From: an uncultured Actinomycetes bacterium
Lineage (GTDB): Bacteria; Actinomycetota; Thermoleophilia; RBG-16-64-13
Direction of reading: 5' to 3'
DNA length: 64,000 nt
Assembly: GCA_963814365.1 (NCBI GenBank)
Contig: CAWFCL010000004.1
Coordinates: forward strand, 1,311,432-1,375,431
Positions 9,957-18,333 of this stretch are shown one piece after another (within the stretch, counting starts at the first letter, position 1; the number at the start of each line of letters is the position of its first letter). The position numbers and the translations under genes are program-made. The notes below the pieces were generated by a model, which was not told the origin of the DNA, ran no database searches, and worked only from the letters and a program-made list of their open reading frames with translations.

Positions 9957-10361
9957 CTAGTACCGCCTGGACGACTGAACTGGTCTTGCTCGAGCCAGCG
10001 CGTCCTCTATTTCACCGACCACAGCTTCAGGTTCTTCGGCCAGCCGGCACTCCCAAACAACCAGAACATGCCAACCGAGTTGCTCGAGAATCCGCACCTT
10101 CTTGGCATCACGTTCGACGTTCAGTTCGAACTTCTTCGCCCAGAAGTCTGAGTGACTCTTCGGGAGTGCCGGATGACAAGTCGGGCAACGATGCCAGAAA
10201 CACCCATGCACGAAAATCGCCAAACGCTTACCTACGTAGGCAATATCCGGATGCCCCGGCAGGTTTCTCGAATGCAGCCGATAGCCGGGGTGGCCGGCCT
10301 CTCTGAGCAGACGCCTCAGCTGCAGCTCGGGCCCCGTGTTCTTACCCCGGTTTCCCTTCAT
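9957..10361 (-). CDS. vsr: Very short patch repair endonuclease Vsr
   Basis: Hallmark motif (LAIFVHGCFWHRCPTCH ... FWAKKFELNVERD ... GWHVLVVWEC). ATG at 10361. The upstream 66 codons of the ORF-track model are low-complexity and probably not translated. Confidence 0.85.
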   Translation of the reverse strand: MKGNRGKNTGPELQLRRLLREAGHPGYRLHSRNLPGHPDIAYVGKRLAIFVHGCFWHRCPTCHPALPKSHSDFWAKKFELNVERDAKKVRILEQLGWHVLVVWECRLAEEPEAVVGEIEDALARARPVQSSRRY

Positions 10362-10402
10362 CGAGGCGGTCACAGCCTCCGAAGTGGGCGGGGGAGGCGG
10401 AC

Positions 10403-11726
10403 CTAGGCGGGAAGGCACTCTCTCGCCTTCTCCGGGAGGGATTCCTTGATGCGCGTCATCTCGACAGCTAGCTCTCGGCCTATCCTCTCGACTACACCCA
10501 CAACAAGAGCGTTGCCCATGCAGAACGCTCGCCGTGTGTCCGGCATCCCTTCGGTCCAATCGTCGGGGAAGCCGTCTATCCGCTCAAGCTCGACTGGGGT
10601 CAACCGCCGGTATCTGCCACTCGGGGTGAGAACAAGATGCTTGAATCTCGACGGGCTGGTCCCGCCCTCTCCCGTAAGAATCGTCCTCGCTGGCTGCTCC
10701 AGATGGTCAGGGAAGGGAATGGCCCCTTCTGAATACAAGTAGGGCTCTCCATTCCTGTGCCGGCGAGGCTCCTTCTTTGCGCCCTTCAGATAACGCCAGC
10801 TTTCCAGGGCCTCATCAGTAACGAAGAATTCCTCCGGAACCTCAGCCTCGGGCACCAGAACGTCCTTGAGTCTGTCCTTGGGTCCATGGTAGTTGGGGGT
10901 CAACTCGCGAGTCCACACAATACGATTCCACGCTATCCCAGCATTCTTGAACGGATTGCCAAAGTTTCCGGCATTGAAGCCAGTCGACACCTCAACCGCA
11001 TCTCCATAGATGCGAAAGTCCCCGAAACCCAAGCCCGGTTGGCTCGAAGGGTGAGCAGGCAAGGCCCTGGCCAAAGGTCCCTCGCTCTCGATGTACCTCA
11101 CGCCATCGAAAGACTCCGGCTCCGCACCAGCGTCCGACTCCCCAAGTAGTTCCCCCACGATAAACACGCGCCTGCGCTTCTGGGGAAAGCCGTAATCAGC
11201 CGCATTCACCACGCGCCACTCGACTCTGTAACCAAGGTCACACATGGTCGCCAAGATGATGGCGAAGTCCCGGCCGCGTTGTTTCGCGGGAGACTTCAAC
11301 AACCGGTCAACGTTCTCCAGCAATACAAGGGGGGGCCGGCGAGCCTCCAGCAGTCGATAAATTTGCCACCAAAGAACGCCCTTCTTGCCCTCGATGCCGT
11401 GGGCATGGCTGGCGGGTCTGGCGACAGAGTAGTCTTGGCACGGGAAGCCCCCAACCACCAAGTCAACCTGGTCGGGCACTTCAAACGTGTTGTCCCCAAC
11501 CTCGAGAGAGTCGAGAACAACGGTGATATCCTCGCAGACATGCGTGCCAGTTGAGAACCGTCGCTCGTAGCACCATGATGCGTGCTGAGTCTTGGTCCCA
11601 GGTTCCCATTGGTTGCTCCAGGTGACTTCCCACCCGGAACCTCTCAAGTCCGATTCTGAAGCCACCTACTCCTGCAAACAGCTCGATGACATTGCCGATT
11701 GGGGTCGGCCTCCGTGCGTTCTTCAC
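10403..11726 (-). pseudogene. dcm: DNA (cytosine-5)-methyltransferase (Dcm-like), frameshifted
   Basis: Motif I (LFAGVGGFRIG) lies in ORF 11481..11726. Motifs IV (GFPCQDYSVA), VI (ENV) and the rest of the enzyme lie in ORF 10403..11665 in a different frame. The frames overlap at 11481..11665, so a frameshift falls near 11560-11640. Confidence 0.7.
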
Positions 11727-11873
11727 TGACGTCCCTGCCTTTCATGGCTGCCCAAACAGGGCTAGCGGTGATTTTCGGCCTTGGGCTTTCTTCTTCATGC
11801 AGTAAATCATAGAGGGCCAGTCGGACGGAAGAGAAATGGGCCACCGGCCACACGAATTCCACACACCCCGGGG

Positions 11874-11954
11874 CCAGACTCACCCCCAGCGTGGCGTCGC
11901 CACCCAGTCCAACCAACACCAGAACTTGCCCCGAGAAACGGTCGACCTCAGACC
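11874..11954 (+). repeat. Intergenic ~85-bp repeat, copy A (family consensus ...AGACTCACCCCCGGCGTGGCG.CAC.GCCCGTCCAACCAACCCCAGGATTTGCCCCAACAGACGGTCAGACTCGCTCC)
   Basis: Aligns by eye to copies B-F. Lies between the dcm start and the mazG-like end. Confidence 0.65.
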
Positions 11955-11978
11955 ACGGGCCTGTTCATGAAGCCAGCC

Positions 11979-12339
11979 CTACGTAGCCGAACCCCGCCCC
12001 CGCTTGTTCGACCAAGCCCTCCCCTTGGCCTCCTCGACCGGGAAGCGCTCGGCATTCTCCTCGACCTTGGCCAAGGCCTCCGCAACCAGATCGACACCTA
12101 GGTCGTCGGCCAGCAGCACCAGGTAGATGAGCACGTCGGCCATCTCCCTCGCCACCTCGGCCCGGCCCTGGTCGCCCGGGGTCTCGCCGTCGCGGCGCCA
12201 CTGGAAGTGCTCACGTCAGCTCGGCCGCCTCCACCGCCACACTGGTGGCCAGGTTCCTGGGGGTGTGGAACTGCTCCCAGTCTCGGGCCTCGCGGAAGGC
12301 GATCAGCTCCTGCCGCAGCTTCTCCAGACCACTATCCAT
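11979..12339 (-). pseudogene. MazG-like nucleotide pyrophosphohydrolase (small NTP-PPase), 1-bp frameshift
   Basis: Reverse-strand translation gives MDSGLEKLRQELIAFREARDWEQFHTPRNLATSVAVEAAELT*, then in the -1 frame EHFQWRRDGETPGDQGRAEVAREMADVLIYLVLLADDLGVDL. This is a classic MazG/YpjD fold. An extra T sits at about 12205 (ACG-T-GAGCAC). Confidence 0.6.
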
Positions 12340-12354
12340 GGGCGTCGACCTCGC

Positions 12355-12732
12355 TCACTCCCATTCCAGGACCGCCTCTTCGGTACGGCTGCGGAAGAAG
12401 TCCTCCGTCTCCTTGTCCATGAAATAGACATAGCAGCCCTTCATGGCTCTGGAGAGGAGCGCCCTGCATGAGTTCTTGACCAGGTCCACGAACTTGTCGC
12501 CTGAGCGCTTGACCACCGTGTCGTATGAATGCTCCTTCTGCCCGACCCATCCAGTACCCGGGCGATAGACCAGGTCGGGGCCGAAGATCAGCCCCGCGTA
12601 GTCCAACTCGAAACCCTGAGCGGTGTAGATGCAGCCCACCTGGTCGATACCCCGCGGGTCGTAGGCCCAGAGGCTCTCCGTCCTCGCGCCAACGTGCGGC
12701 CAAGGGCGGAGTAGCGCCGGCCAAAGCTGCCG
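12355..12732 (-). pseudogene. C-terminal remnant of a DUF2075-family (AAA/helicase-like) protein
   Basis: Only the last ~125 aa are present (LWAYDPRGIDQVGCIYTAQGFELDYAGLIFGPDLVY ...), matching the conserved DUF2075 C-terminus. An in-frame stop lies upstream with no N-terminal body. Confidence 0.5.
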
Positions 12733-12819
12733 CTACGCTCTTGGTACGCCATCGACAACCTTCGGAAAGGAGTGGGTGTATGCTTGCCCCGGACACAGTC
12801 AGTCGCCTGGAGGCGCCAA

Positions 12820-13041
12820 GTGCAGTACCACTTCTCCGCGGTCGTCGGACACGATACGGATGGCTATTGGGCCAGGTGTCCCGAACTGCAAGGCTGCTAC
12901 ACCCAGGGCCGCAGTTACGAGGAAGCGCTCGCAAACCTGCGAGAGGCCGTGACGCTTCATATCGAAGACCGACTAGCCGCTGGCGAAGATGTCCCGCAGG
13001 TAGAGACCATCAGCCTGATCACGGTCGAAGTACCCGAATGA
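12820..13041 (+). CDS. hicB: HicB-like / UPF0150-family antitoxin
   Basis: VQYHFSAVVGHDTDGYWARCPELQGCYTQGRSYEEALANLREAVTLHIE. GTG start with a GGAGG SD 6 nt upstream. No hicA partner seen. Confidence 0.6.
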   Translation: MQYHFSAVVGHDTDGYWARCPELQGCYTQGRSYEEALANLREAVTLHIEDRLAAGEDVPQVETISLITVEVPE

Positions 13042-13099
13042 ACCCACGGCTCCCGTGCCTCACCGCGAGGGAGATGCAACGGCACCGCCCACCCCGCGG

Positions 13100-13195
13100 C
13101 TAGGGTCACCCCCGGCGTGGCGTCACTGCCCGTCCAAACACCGCCGGAATTTGCCCCAACAGATGCGAAGACCGCCCGAAAGCGGTCTCGCGGCC
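13100..13195 (+). repeat. Intergenic repeat, copy B
   Basis: GGTCACCCCCGGCGTGGCGTCACTGCCCGTCCAAACACCGCCGGAATTTGCCCCAACAGATG... in the same orientation as the other copies. Confidence 0.6.
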
Positions 13196-13289
13196 CGAGC
13201 GTGTAGCCTGGGGGTTGCGCTCACTATCCTGCATCTCTATCCAAAGTCTCATATGACGATCAGACAGCGTGTGCCACACTCGGTCCCAC

Positions 13290-14051
13290 ATGAAGATCCT
13301 GTATCTGGACGAATCCGGTGACCACAACCTGGTGCGCATCGACCCTCAGTACCCCATCTTCGTCCTTGGTGGAGTGCTGGTCGATTCCGATGATGTTCGA
13401 GAGATGCACGAGGAGCTTTGCGGCCTCAAGCGGCGATTCTTCGCGGACACCCATCTGATCCTGCGCACTTCAGACATATCCAGAAACCGGCTCGGCTTCG
13501 AGTGCCTCACCGACACCCCCACGCGCCAGCGGTTCTACCGGGAACTGAATGACTTGATGGAGCGCTTGGACTATTCAGTGGTGGCTTGTGCTGTGCGCAA
13601 GGACCGCTTTCGCCCGGCCTTCCCCGAGCCCGACCGTGACCTCTATCTCATCTGCCTGGAGATGCTCGCCGTACAGCTGTACCACCAGACCGCTGTTGCA
13701 GGAACGGACGCGATCATAGTGGCCGAGTCCAGGGGCCAGGTGCTCGACACACGCCTCAAGCGCTCTTGGCTGCGCCTGCTGGCCGAGGGTGCCGGCAGTC
13801 TTTCGGGAGAGACCATCCGGCGCAACGTCAGAGCACTCCTCTTGCGCTCGAAGAAGGTGAATCTCGCCGGTCTCCAACTGGCTGACTTGGTAGTCGGTCC
13901 CATCGGACGCTTCGTCCTAGGCCGGAGATCGAATGAGGACTTCCGCATAATCGCAGGCAAGCTGATCCGAGGTCCAGGGGCCGAATATCCCGATGGGGCT
14001 CTGGTGGTTCTGCCCAAAGAAGAAGGTCAGGACCCGCTACGCAGTTCCTAA
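13290..14051 (+). CDS. DUF3800 domain protein (defence-island associated)
   Basis: Starts MKILYLDESGDHN, the DUF3800 hallmark. Confidence 0.7.
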   Translation: MKILYLDESGDHNLVRIDPQYPIFVLGGVLVDSDDVREMHEELCGLKRRFFADTHLILRTSDISRNRLGFECLTDTPTRQRFYRELNDLMERLDYSVVACAVRKDRFRPAFPEPDRDLYLICLEMLAVQLYHQTAVAGTDAIIVAESRGQVLDTRLKRSWLRLLAEGAGSLSGETIRRNVRALLLRSKKVNLAGLQLADLVVGPIGRFVLGRRSNEDFRIIAGKLIRGPGAEYPDGALVVLPKEEGQDPLRSS

Positions 14052-14147
14052 CCTTGCATCCAGTTTACTACCGAATTCAGAAGTTGACCAGAAGAAGCTC
14101 TAGGTCTTTGGTCGCAGGTGGCACCACTGCAGGCCGCGTGCCCCGCG

Positions 14148-14240
14148 GAGAGAGTCGCTGCCGGCGTGGCGGCACTGCCCGTCCAAACGACATCAGAGCT
14201 TAGCCCGACAAATGCAGGCACCACCCGAACGCACGCGGCG
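14148..14240 (+). repeat. Intergenic repeat, copy C (more diverged)
   Basis: GAGAGTCGCTGCCGGCGTGGCGGCACTGCCCGTCCAAACGAC ... shares the core GGCGTGGCG..CAC.GCCCGTCCAA. Confidence 0.5.
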
Positions 14241-14418
14241 CGTGGCAGGCGCCAAGATACATCCATGGTCCCACACCTGCTGACGGCCGCTCGGGCAACA
14301 ATACGCCCCAGAGCAGGGCCCCAAGGACCAGCCTACTTGAGGACGGTCGGATGGAGGGTTATGGTTTTGGTCAATACAGCCTCTTTCCCGCCCCAAAATA
14401 CAGGGAAAGGGGCACTCT

Positions 14419-14847
14419 CTATCCCCGCAGCCGCTCCACCATCTCCGCCACCGTCACCACCTTGAGACCCGGCACTACAGCCTCAAGCAGTCGCCTGTCG
14501 CCAGTCACAATGGTGGTGGCGCCCGCCTGCAGTGCAGTCTCGACGATCGGGTCGTCGTTCGGGTCCGCAGTCCAGCGCTCGCACGCGACAAGAATGGGAG
14601 TTACCTCCATGAAGCCGGCGAGTTCCACAGCCAAGGTTTCACAGATGTCGGAAGCGAAACCGAACTTCACGCTGAGAAGAACGTCCTGAAACTCCCGGAG
14701 GATGTATAGAGAGGTGACTCCTCGGATCCGCCCGACACGTGTGGCCTCAACCGTCTCTGCCGGCTTGCCACCGAACAAGACGGCTGAGAGCAGCACGTTG
14801 GTGTCGAGGACTACCTTCTCAGGAACGCTGCCCACGCGACTCCGCAA
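14419..14847 (-). CDS. vapC: PIN-domain toxin VapC
   Basis: VVLDTNVLLSA ... DPNDDPIVETALQAGATTIVTGDRRLL. The start is probably GTG at 14835; TTG at 14847 is used in the ORF track. It overlaps the vapB stop. Confidence 0.75.
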   Translation of the reverse strand: MRSRVGSVPEKVVLDTNVLLSAVLFGGKPAETVEATRVGRIRGVTSLYILREFQDVLLSVKFGFASDICETLAVELAGFMEVTPILVACERWTADPNDDPIVETALQAGATTIVTGDRRLLEAVVPGLKVVTVAEMVERLRG

Positions 14848-15070
14848 GAGCCCGCTCGATGTCCGCTTCGCTCAGACCTCGCTCGGCCGCTTGTCGCCTG
14901 ACCTCGGCGAGCAACCTCTCCCACCGGGACACGGTCGGCTTCATGATGACCGTCTGGTCACGGACGGCGACGTCCACTTCCGTGTCGGCGCTCAGATCCA
15001 GATCCAAAGCGATCTCCTTGGGTATGGTCACGGTCAGACTGTTGCCGACTTGCCGTACCTTGACTCGCAT
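14819..15070 (-). CDS. vapB: AbrB/MazE/SpoVT-type antitoxin VapB
   Basis: MRVKVRQVGNSLTVTIPKEIALDLDL. ATG at 15070 with an AAGGAGG SD. Confidence 0.75.
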   Translation of the reverse strand: MRVKVRQVGNSLTVTIPKEIALDLDLSADTEVDVAVRDQTVIMKPTVSRWERLLAEVRRQAAERGLSEADIERALAESRGQRS

Positions 15071-15205
15071 ATCGCCTCCTTGATGTATACGCAGTATACA
15101 CCGCGATGCGCCCCAGTGGTTGAGTGCAAGGTCCGCCACGACGCTTCGCAACCCTATCGCGACTAAGCGGGTGCTGTCTCACAACTTGGTATGAGCCAGG
15201 AGAGT

Positions 15206-15300
15206 GCGACTCACTCCCGGCGTGGCCGCATCGCCGGGTCCAACCAACCCCAGAATTTGCCCCAACAAACGGTCAGACTCGCTCCAGAGCCCTCTCCATG
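15206..15300 (+). repeat. Intergenic repeat, copy D
   Basis: Near-full match to the consensus. Its 3' end (GCTCCAGAGCCCTCTCCATG) encodes MERALERV* on the minus strand, identical to the C-terminus of the aminotransferase at copy F. Confidence 0.7.
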
Positions 15301-15348
15301 TCGGGAAGGCTGGATAGCAGAAGCGATCGAACTCCCCGGTAGGCTCGC

Positions 15349-15663
15349 CTACGCCACCTGCAGCGGTCGAATCCGCTCGACCTGATCCCCGATCGACTGC
15401 TCTGCATCCCATAGATCTATGGCACGTTGAGCGTTCAGCCAGAACTCTGGGCTGTTTCCGAACAAACGAGCCAGACGTAATGCCATCTCAGGACTGAGAG
15501 CCCGACGCTCTCTTATCAGCTCGTTGACGGTCTGCCGAGTCACCCCCAAGGCCCCAGCTAGGCCGGCGACAGTCAGGGAGTAGTCGGGCATGAAGTCCTC
15601 TCTCAGCATCTCTCCCGGGTGCGTAGGACGGACCGTTCTGTTCATTGTGTTCGGTATGCTCAT
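15349..15663 (-). CDS. higA: HigA-like XRE-family antitoxin
   Basis: HPGEMLREDFMPDYSLTVAGLAGALGVTRQTVNELIRERRALSPEMALRLARLFGNSPEFWLNAQ. Confidence 0.75.
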   Translation of the reverse strand: MSIPNTMNRTVRPTHPGEMLREDFMPDYSLTVAGLAGALGVTRQTVNELIRERRALSPEMALRLARLFGNSPEFWLNAQRAIDLWDAEQSIGDQVERIRPLQVA

Positions 15664-15676
15664 GTCTCACCGCCCG

Positions 15677-15854
15677 TCAGTGGTAGTCGATGATCTCTAC
15701 GTCGAACGCATCAGTGCCCACGAAACGGAAGCAGATGCGCCACTTTTCGTTGATGGAGGCGCTTCGCACGACGTACGATGTCCGGAGGCAAACGACGCGA
15801 CCGACCAGTCTCGTAGAGACACCGCGTATGCTCGTCGGCGAGCGTCCTTATCAT
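15677..15854 (-). pseudogene. higB: HigB (RelE/ParE-fold killer) remnant with internal deletion and frameshift
   Basis: Minus-strand translation gives MIRTLADEHTRCLYETGRSRRLPPDIVRRAKRLHQ.., then in another frame WRICFRFVGTDAFDVEIIDYH*. The central ~35 residues of a normal ~92-aa HigB are missing. Confidence 0.6.
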
Positions 15855-15971
15855 ATCAAACTGTCACGTGTCATGTTACACCTACCAACTTGCCGCGTGG
15901 CCTCTTCGGGCTCAATGCTCACATCCGTGGTCGATGCGCGAATCAGACTTTGAGTGGAGCCTGCGGCACCC

Positions 15972-16055
15972 CGCGCCCAGACTCACCCCCGGCGTGGCGT
16001 CACGGCCTGTCCAACCAACCCCAGGATTTGCCCAACAGACGGTCAGACTCGCTCC
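15972..16055 (+). repeat. Intergenic repeat, copy E
   Basis: CGCGCCCAGACTCACCCCCGGCGTGGCGTCACGGCCTGTCCAACCAACCCCAGGATTTGCCCAACAGACGGTCAGACTCGCTCC. Confidence 0.7.
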
Positions 16056-16067
16056 GTCACTGGTCTC

Positions 16068-16375
16068 CTAGAACCTTCCGAATAGCCTGCGTACGAAATC
16101 GAGATCGCTGTCGCGTATGCGCTGGTAGATCTCGGCTCTACTGCCCACCTTGACCACTATCACCAGCAGTAGCTCATCCTTGACCGTGTATACGATACGG
16201 TGGACGCCGACCCTGGCCCGATACAGACTGTCGTATCCGCTCAGTTTCTCGCAGCCGTTGGGCGTGGATCGTCGGCCAGCGAATCTATCCTGGCGGCCAC
16301 TTGCACCAGAACGGCACGGTCGAGTCTCCTGAGTTGCCGCTGGGCGGCTGGACTGACCTCGATGCGGTGAGGCAT
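16068..16375 (-). pseudogene. relE: RelE/ParE-family toxin with a 1-bp frameshift
   Basis: N-terminus in one frame (MPHRIEVSPAAQRQLRRLDRAVLVQVAARIDSLADDPRP..). C-terminus in a second frame (..CEKLSGYDSLYRARVGVHRIVYTVKDELLLVIVVKVGSRAEIYQR). Confidence 0.65.
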
Positions 16376-16384
16376 CCCCTGCGA

Positions 16385-16640
16385 CTACAACCCCAGTTCG
16401 GCCTTGAGGTCGTGCCAAGACACAGAGCCACGCCCCTCCAACTCCTTCAGGGCATCGGCGGCATCAGCCAGATCCAGGCGGTCTTCGATGAGCGCGAGGA
16501 TACGCGCTTCGGTCATGGACACGAGAACAGGCAACGTCCTTGCCGTGCCGGGTCAAGCACACCCTCTCCTTGCCATAGGCGACGCGATTGACTATCTCTG
16601 CCAGATCATCGCGGGCTGCGGTCACGGGCATGCTGGTCAT
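16385..16640 (-). pseudogene. yefM: Phd/YefM-family antitoxin with a 1-bp frameshift
   Basis: MTSMPVTAARDDLAEIVNRVAYGKERVCLTRHGKDVA, then in a second frame VLVSMTEARILALIEDRLDLADAADALKELEGRGSVSWHDLKAELGL*. An extra T falls in GCC-T-GTTCTC. Confidence 0.65.
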
Positions 16641-16810
16641 GTGTCGGTTCCTCCGTCGAAGTTCGTGCGCCATCTGGAAGCTACGCAGTGGTTACGTACG
16701 TATTGTACTTCTCGTACGTTACGTACGACAAGGGACGGCACTACTCTCGCACTGGTTCAAGCGGGCCGCTATCCGACTTTGGGTGGTGCTTGGCGGTCTG
16801 GCGAGAGGCC

Positions 16811-16909
16811 CGCGCCTAGACTCACCCCCGGCGTGGCGGCACAGCCCGTCCAACCAACCCCAGGATTCGCCCCGGGAAACCGTCAGACTCGCTCCAGCGC
16901 CCTCTCCAT
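16811..16909 (+). repeat. Intergenic repeat, copy F, overlapping the aminotransferase stop
   Basis: CGCGCCTAGACTCACCCCCGGCGTGGCGGCACAGCCCGTCCAACCAACCCCAGGATTCGCCCCGGGAAACCGTCAGACTCGCTCCAGCGCCCTCTCCAT. Confidence 0.7.
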
Positions 16910-18130
16910 CCGCGTCAACGCCTCCACCAGCGTCACCCGCGGGCAGGCGAAGTTGAGGCGCACGAACCCCTCCCCGCCCTTGCCGAATATGGCGCCGTCG
17001 GCCAAGGCGACCTCTGCCTCTTTCAGGAAGAAGTCCGCGGCGTTCGTGGTGCCGGTGGCGCGTGCGGCCTGTGCGGTGCTCAGGAACTCGCGACAGTCGA
17101 GCCAGGCCAGGTAGGTGCCCTCCAGCGCGGTCATGCTCACGCCCGGCAGTCGGGTGCTGACGAAGTCGAACAGGTAGTCGCGATTGGCCTCCAGGTACGT
17201 GAGCACCGCATCCAGCCAGGGCTGTCCCTCCTGGTAGGCGGCAAGCATGGCCGTGAAGCCCATCACGTCAACGTGCGGCACCAGACCGCGGCCGGTCTTC
17301 TCGAACTGCGTCCGCAGCGCCTCGTCCTCGATGATCGCCACCGAAGCCTTGATACCGGCGATGTTGTAGGTCTTGCTGGGGGCCATGAAGGTGATGGTCC
17401 GCGCCGCGACCTCCGGGGACAGCGAGGCGATAGGCACGTGCTCGTGCCCCGAGAAGACCAGGTCGCAGTGGATCTCGTCGGAGCATATGACCACCCCGCG
17501 AGCGAGACAGATCTCGGCCATGCGGGTCAGCTCGTCCCTGTAGAAGACCCGCCCTGTGGGGTTCTGCGGGTTGCAGAGCAGAAAGATGCGCGTCCGCTCG
17601 GTGATGGCCGCCTCGAAGGCCTCGTAGTCGACCGTGTAGCGGCCGTCGGGGCGGCGCGTCAGCTCCACGGCTTCCATGGTGCAGCCGGAGTTCTCAGGCG
17701 CGTAGAGCATCGGATGGTAGACGGGGGTATGCAGCAGCACACCGTCACCGGGTGCGGTCACGGCGCGGACTGCCTGGTTGAAGCCGGTCACGATGCCTGG
17801 CAGGAAGAGAAACGCTTCGGGAGCGACAGTCCAGCCGTAGAGCCTTTGGAGGCGCTCGACCAGGAGGGGCCGCAGCTCGGGCGGCTCTTGGCCGTAGCCG
17901 AAGATGCCGTGCTCCACGCGGTCGCGCAGGGCGGCGACGACGGGTTCGGGAGCGCGGAAGTCCATGTCGGCGACCCAGAGGGGCAGGGCGTCATCGTAGA
18001 AGCTCCACTTGAGGCTGTCTGAGCCGCGGCGGTCGATGACGCGGTCGAGGTCTGCCGGCGCGGGGGCCTGCGGAGTTGGCGCGGTCGTCGGGCCCGTCGG
18101 GGCGGCCGGAGGCGCTGCCCGCTTGTTCAT
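16883..18130 (-). CDS. PLP-dependent C-S lyase / aminotransferase class I-II (PatB/MalY family)
   Basis: DRRGSDSLKWSFYD ... VADMDFRAPEPV ... SKTYNIAG (PLP lysine). ATG at 18130. The ORF-track upstream extension is low-complexity. Confidence 0.8.
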   Translation of the reverse strand: MNKRAAPPAAPTGPTTAPTPQAPAPADLDRVIDRRGSDSLKWSFYDDALPLWVADMDFRAPEPVVAALRDRVEHGIFGYGQEPPELRPLLVERLQRLYGWTVAPEAFLFLPGIVTGFNQAVRAVTAPGDGVLLHTPVYHPMLYAPENSGCTMEAVELTRRPDGRYTVDYEAFEAAITERTRIFLLCNPQNPTGRVFYRDELTRMAEICLARGVVICSDEIHCDLVFSGHEHVPIASLSPEVAARTITFMAPSKTYNIAGIKASVAIIEDEALRTQFEKTGRGLVPHVDVMGFTAMLAAYQEGQPWLDAVLTYLEANRDYLFDFVSTRLPGVSMTALEGTYLAWLDCREFLSTAQAARATGTTNAADFFLKEAEVALADGAIFGKGGEGFVRLNFACPRVTLVEALTRMERALERV

Positions 18131-18333
18131 CCCGCGTCCACAGTCGTCTGGGTGCTCAAGTGTGTACCTCAAGTCAGATCGGGGCCGTGTCTGCCTACTA
18201 TACGGCACATGACCTGTCGCCGGTCTCAAGCTCGTGGCCGAGTGAGATGCGGGATCTGGAGGAGGTGGTGTGAGCCAGTGGTGTACCCTACTAGCTGACC
18301 GTTTGGCGCGCCGCCCGCAGGCGCGCTCAGGAC

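Noticed and set aside
12640-12830. A hicA toxin upstream of hicB
   Set aside because: The upstream frame translations show no HicA-like dsRBD pattern. The region holds the DUF2075 remnant.
11874-16909. The repeats as canonical integron attC sites
   Set aside because: GTCCAAC fits RYYYAAC, but no partnering GTTRRRY core exists in either orientation. No R''-L''/L'-R' hairpin symmetry either. No intI/attI in the window. Kept only as a cassette-like analogy.
11874-16909. CRISPR array
   Set aside because: Repeats are ~85 bp and spaced 0.8-1.2 kb apart, with protein-coding genes between them. That is not a repeat-spacer architecture.
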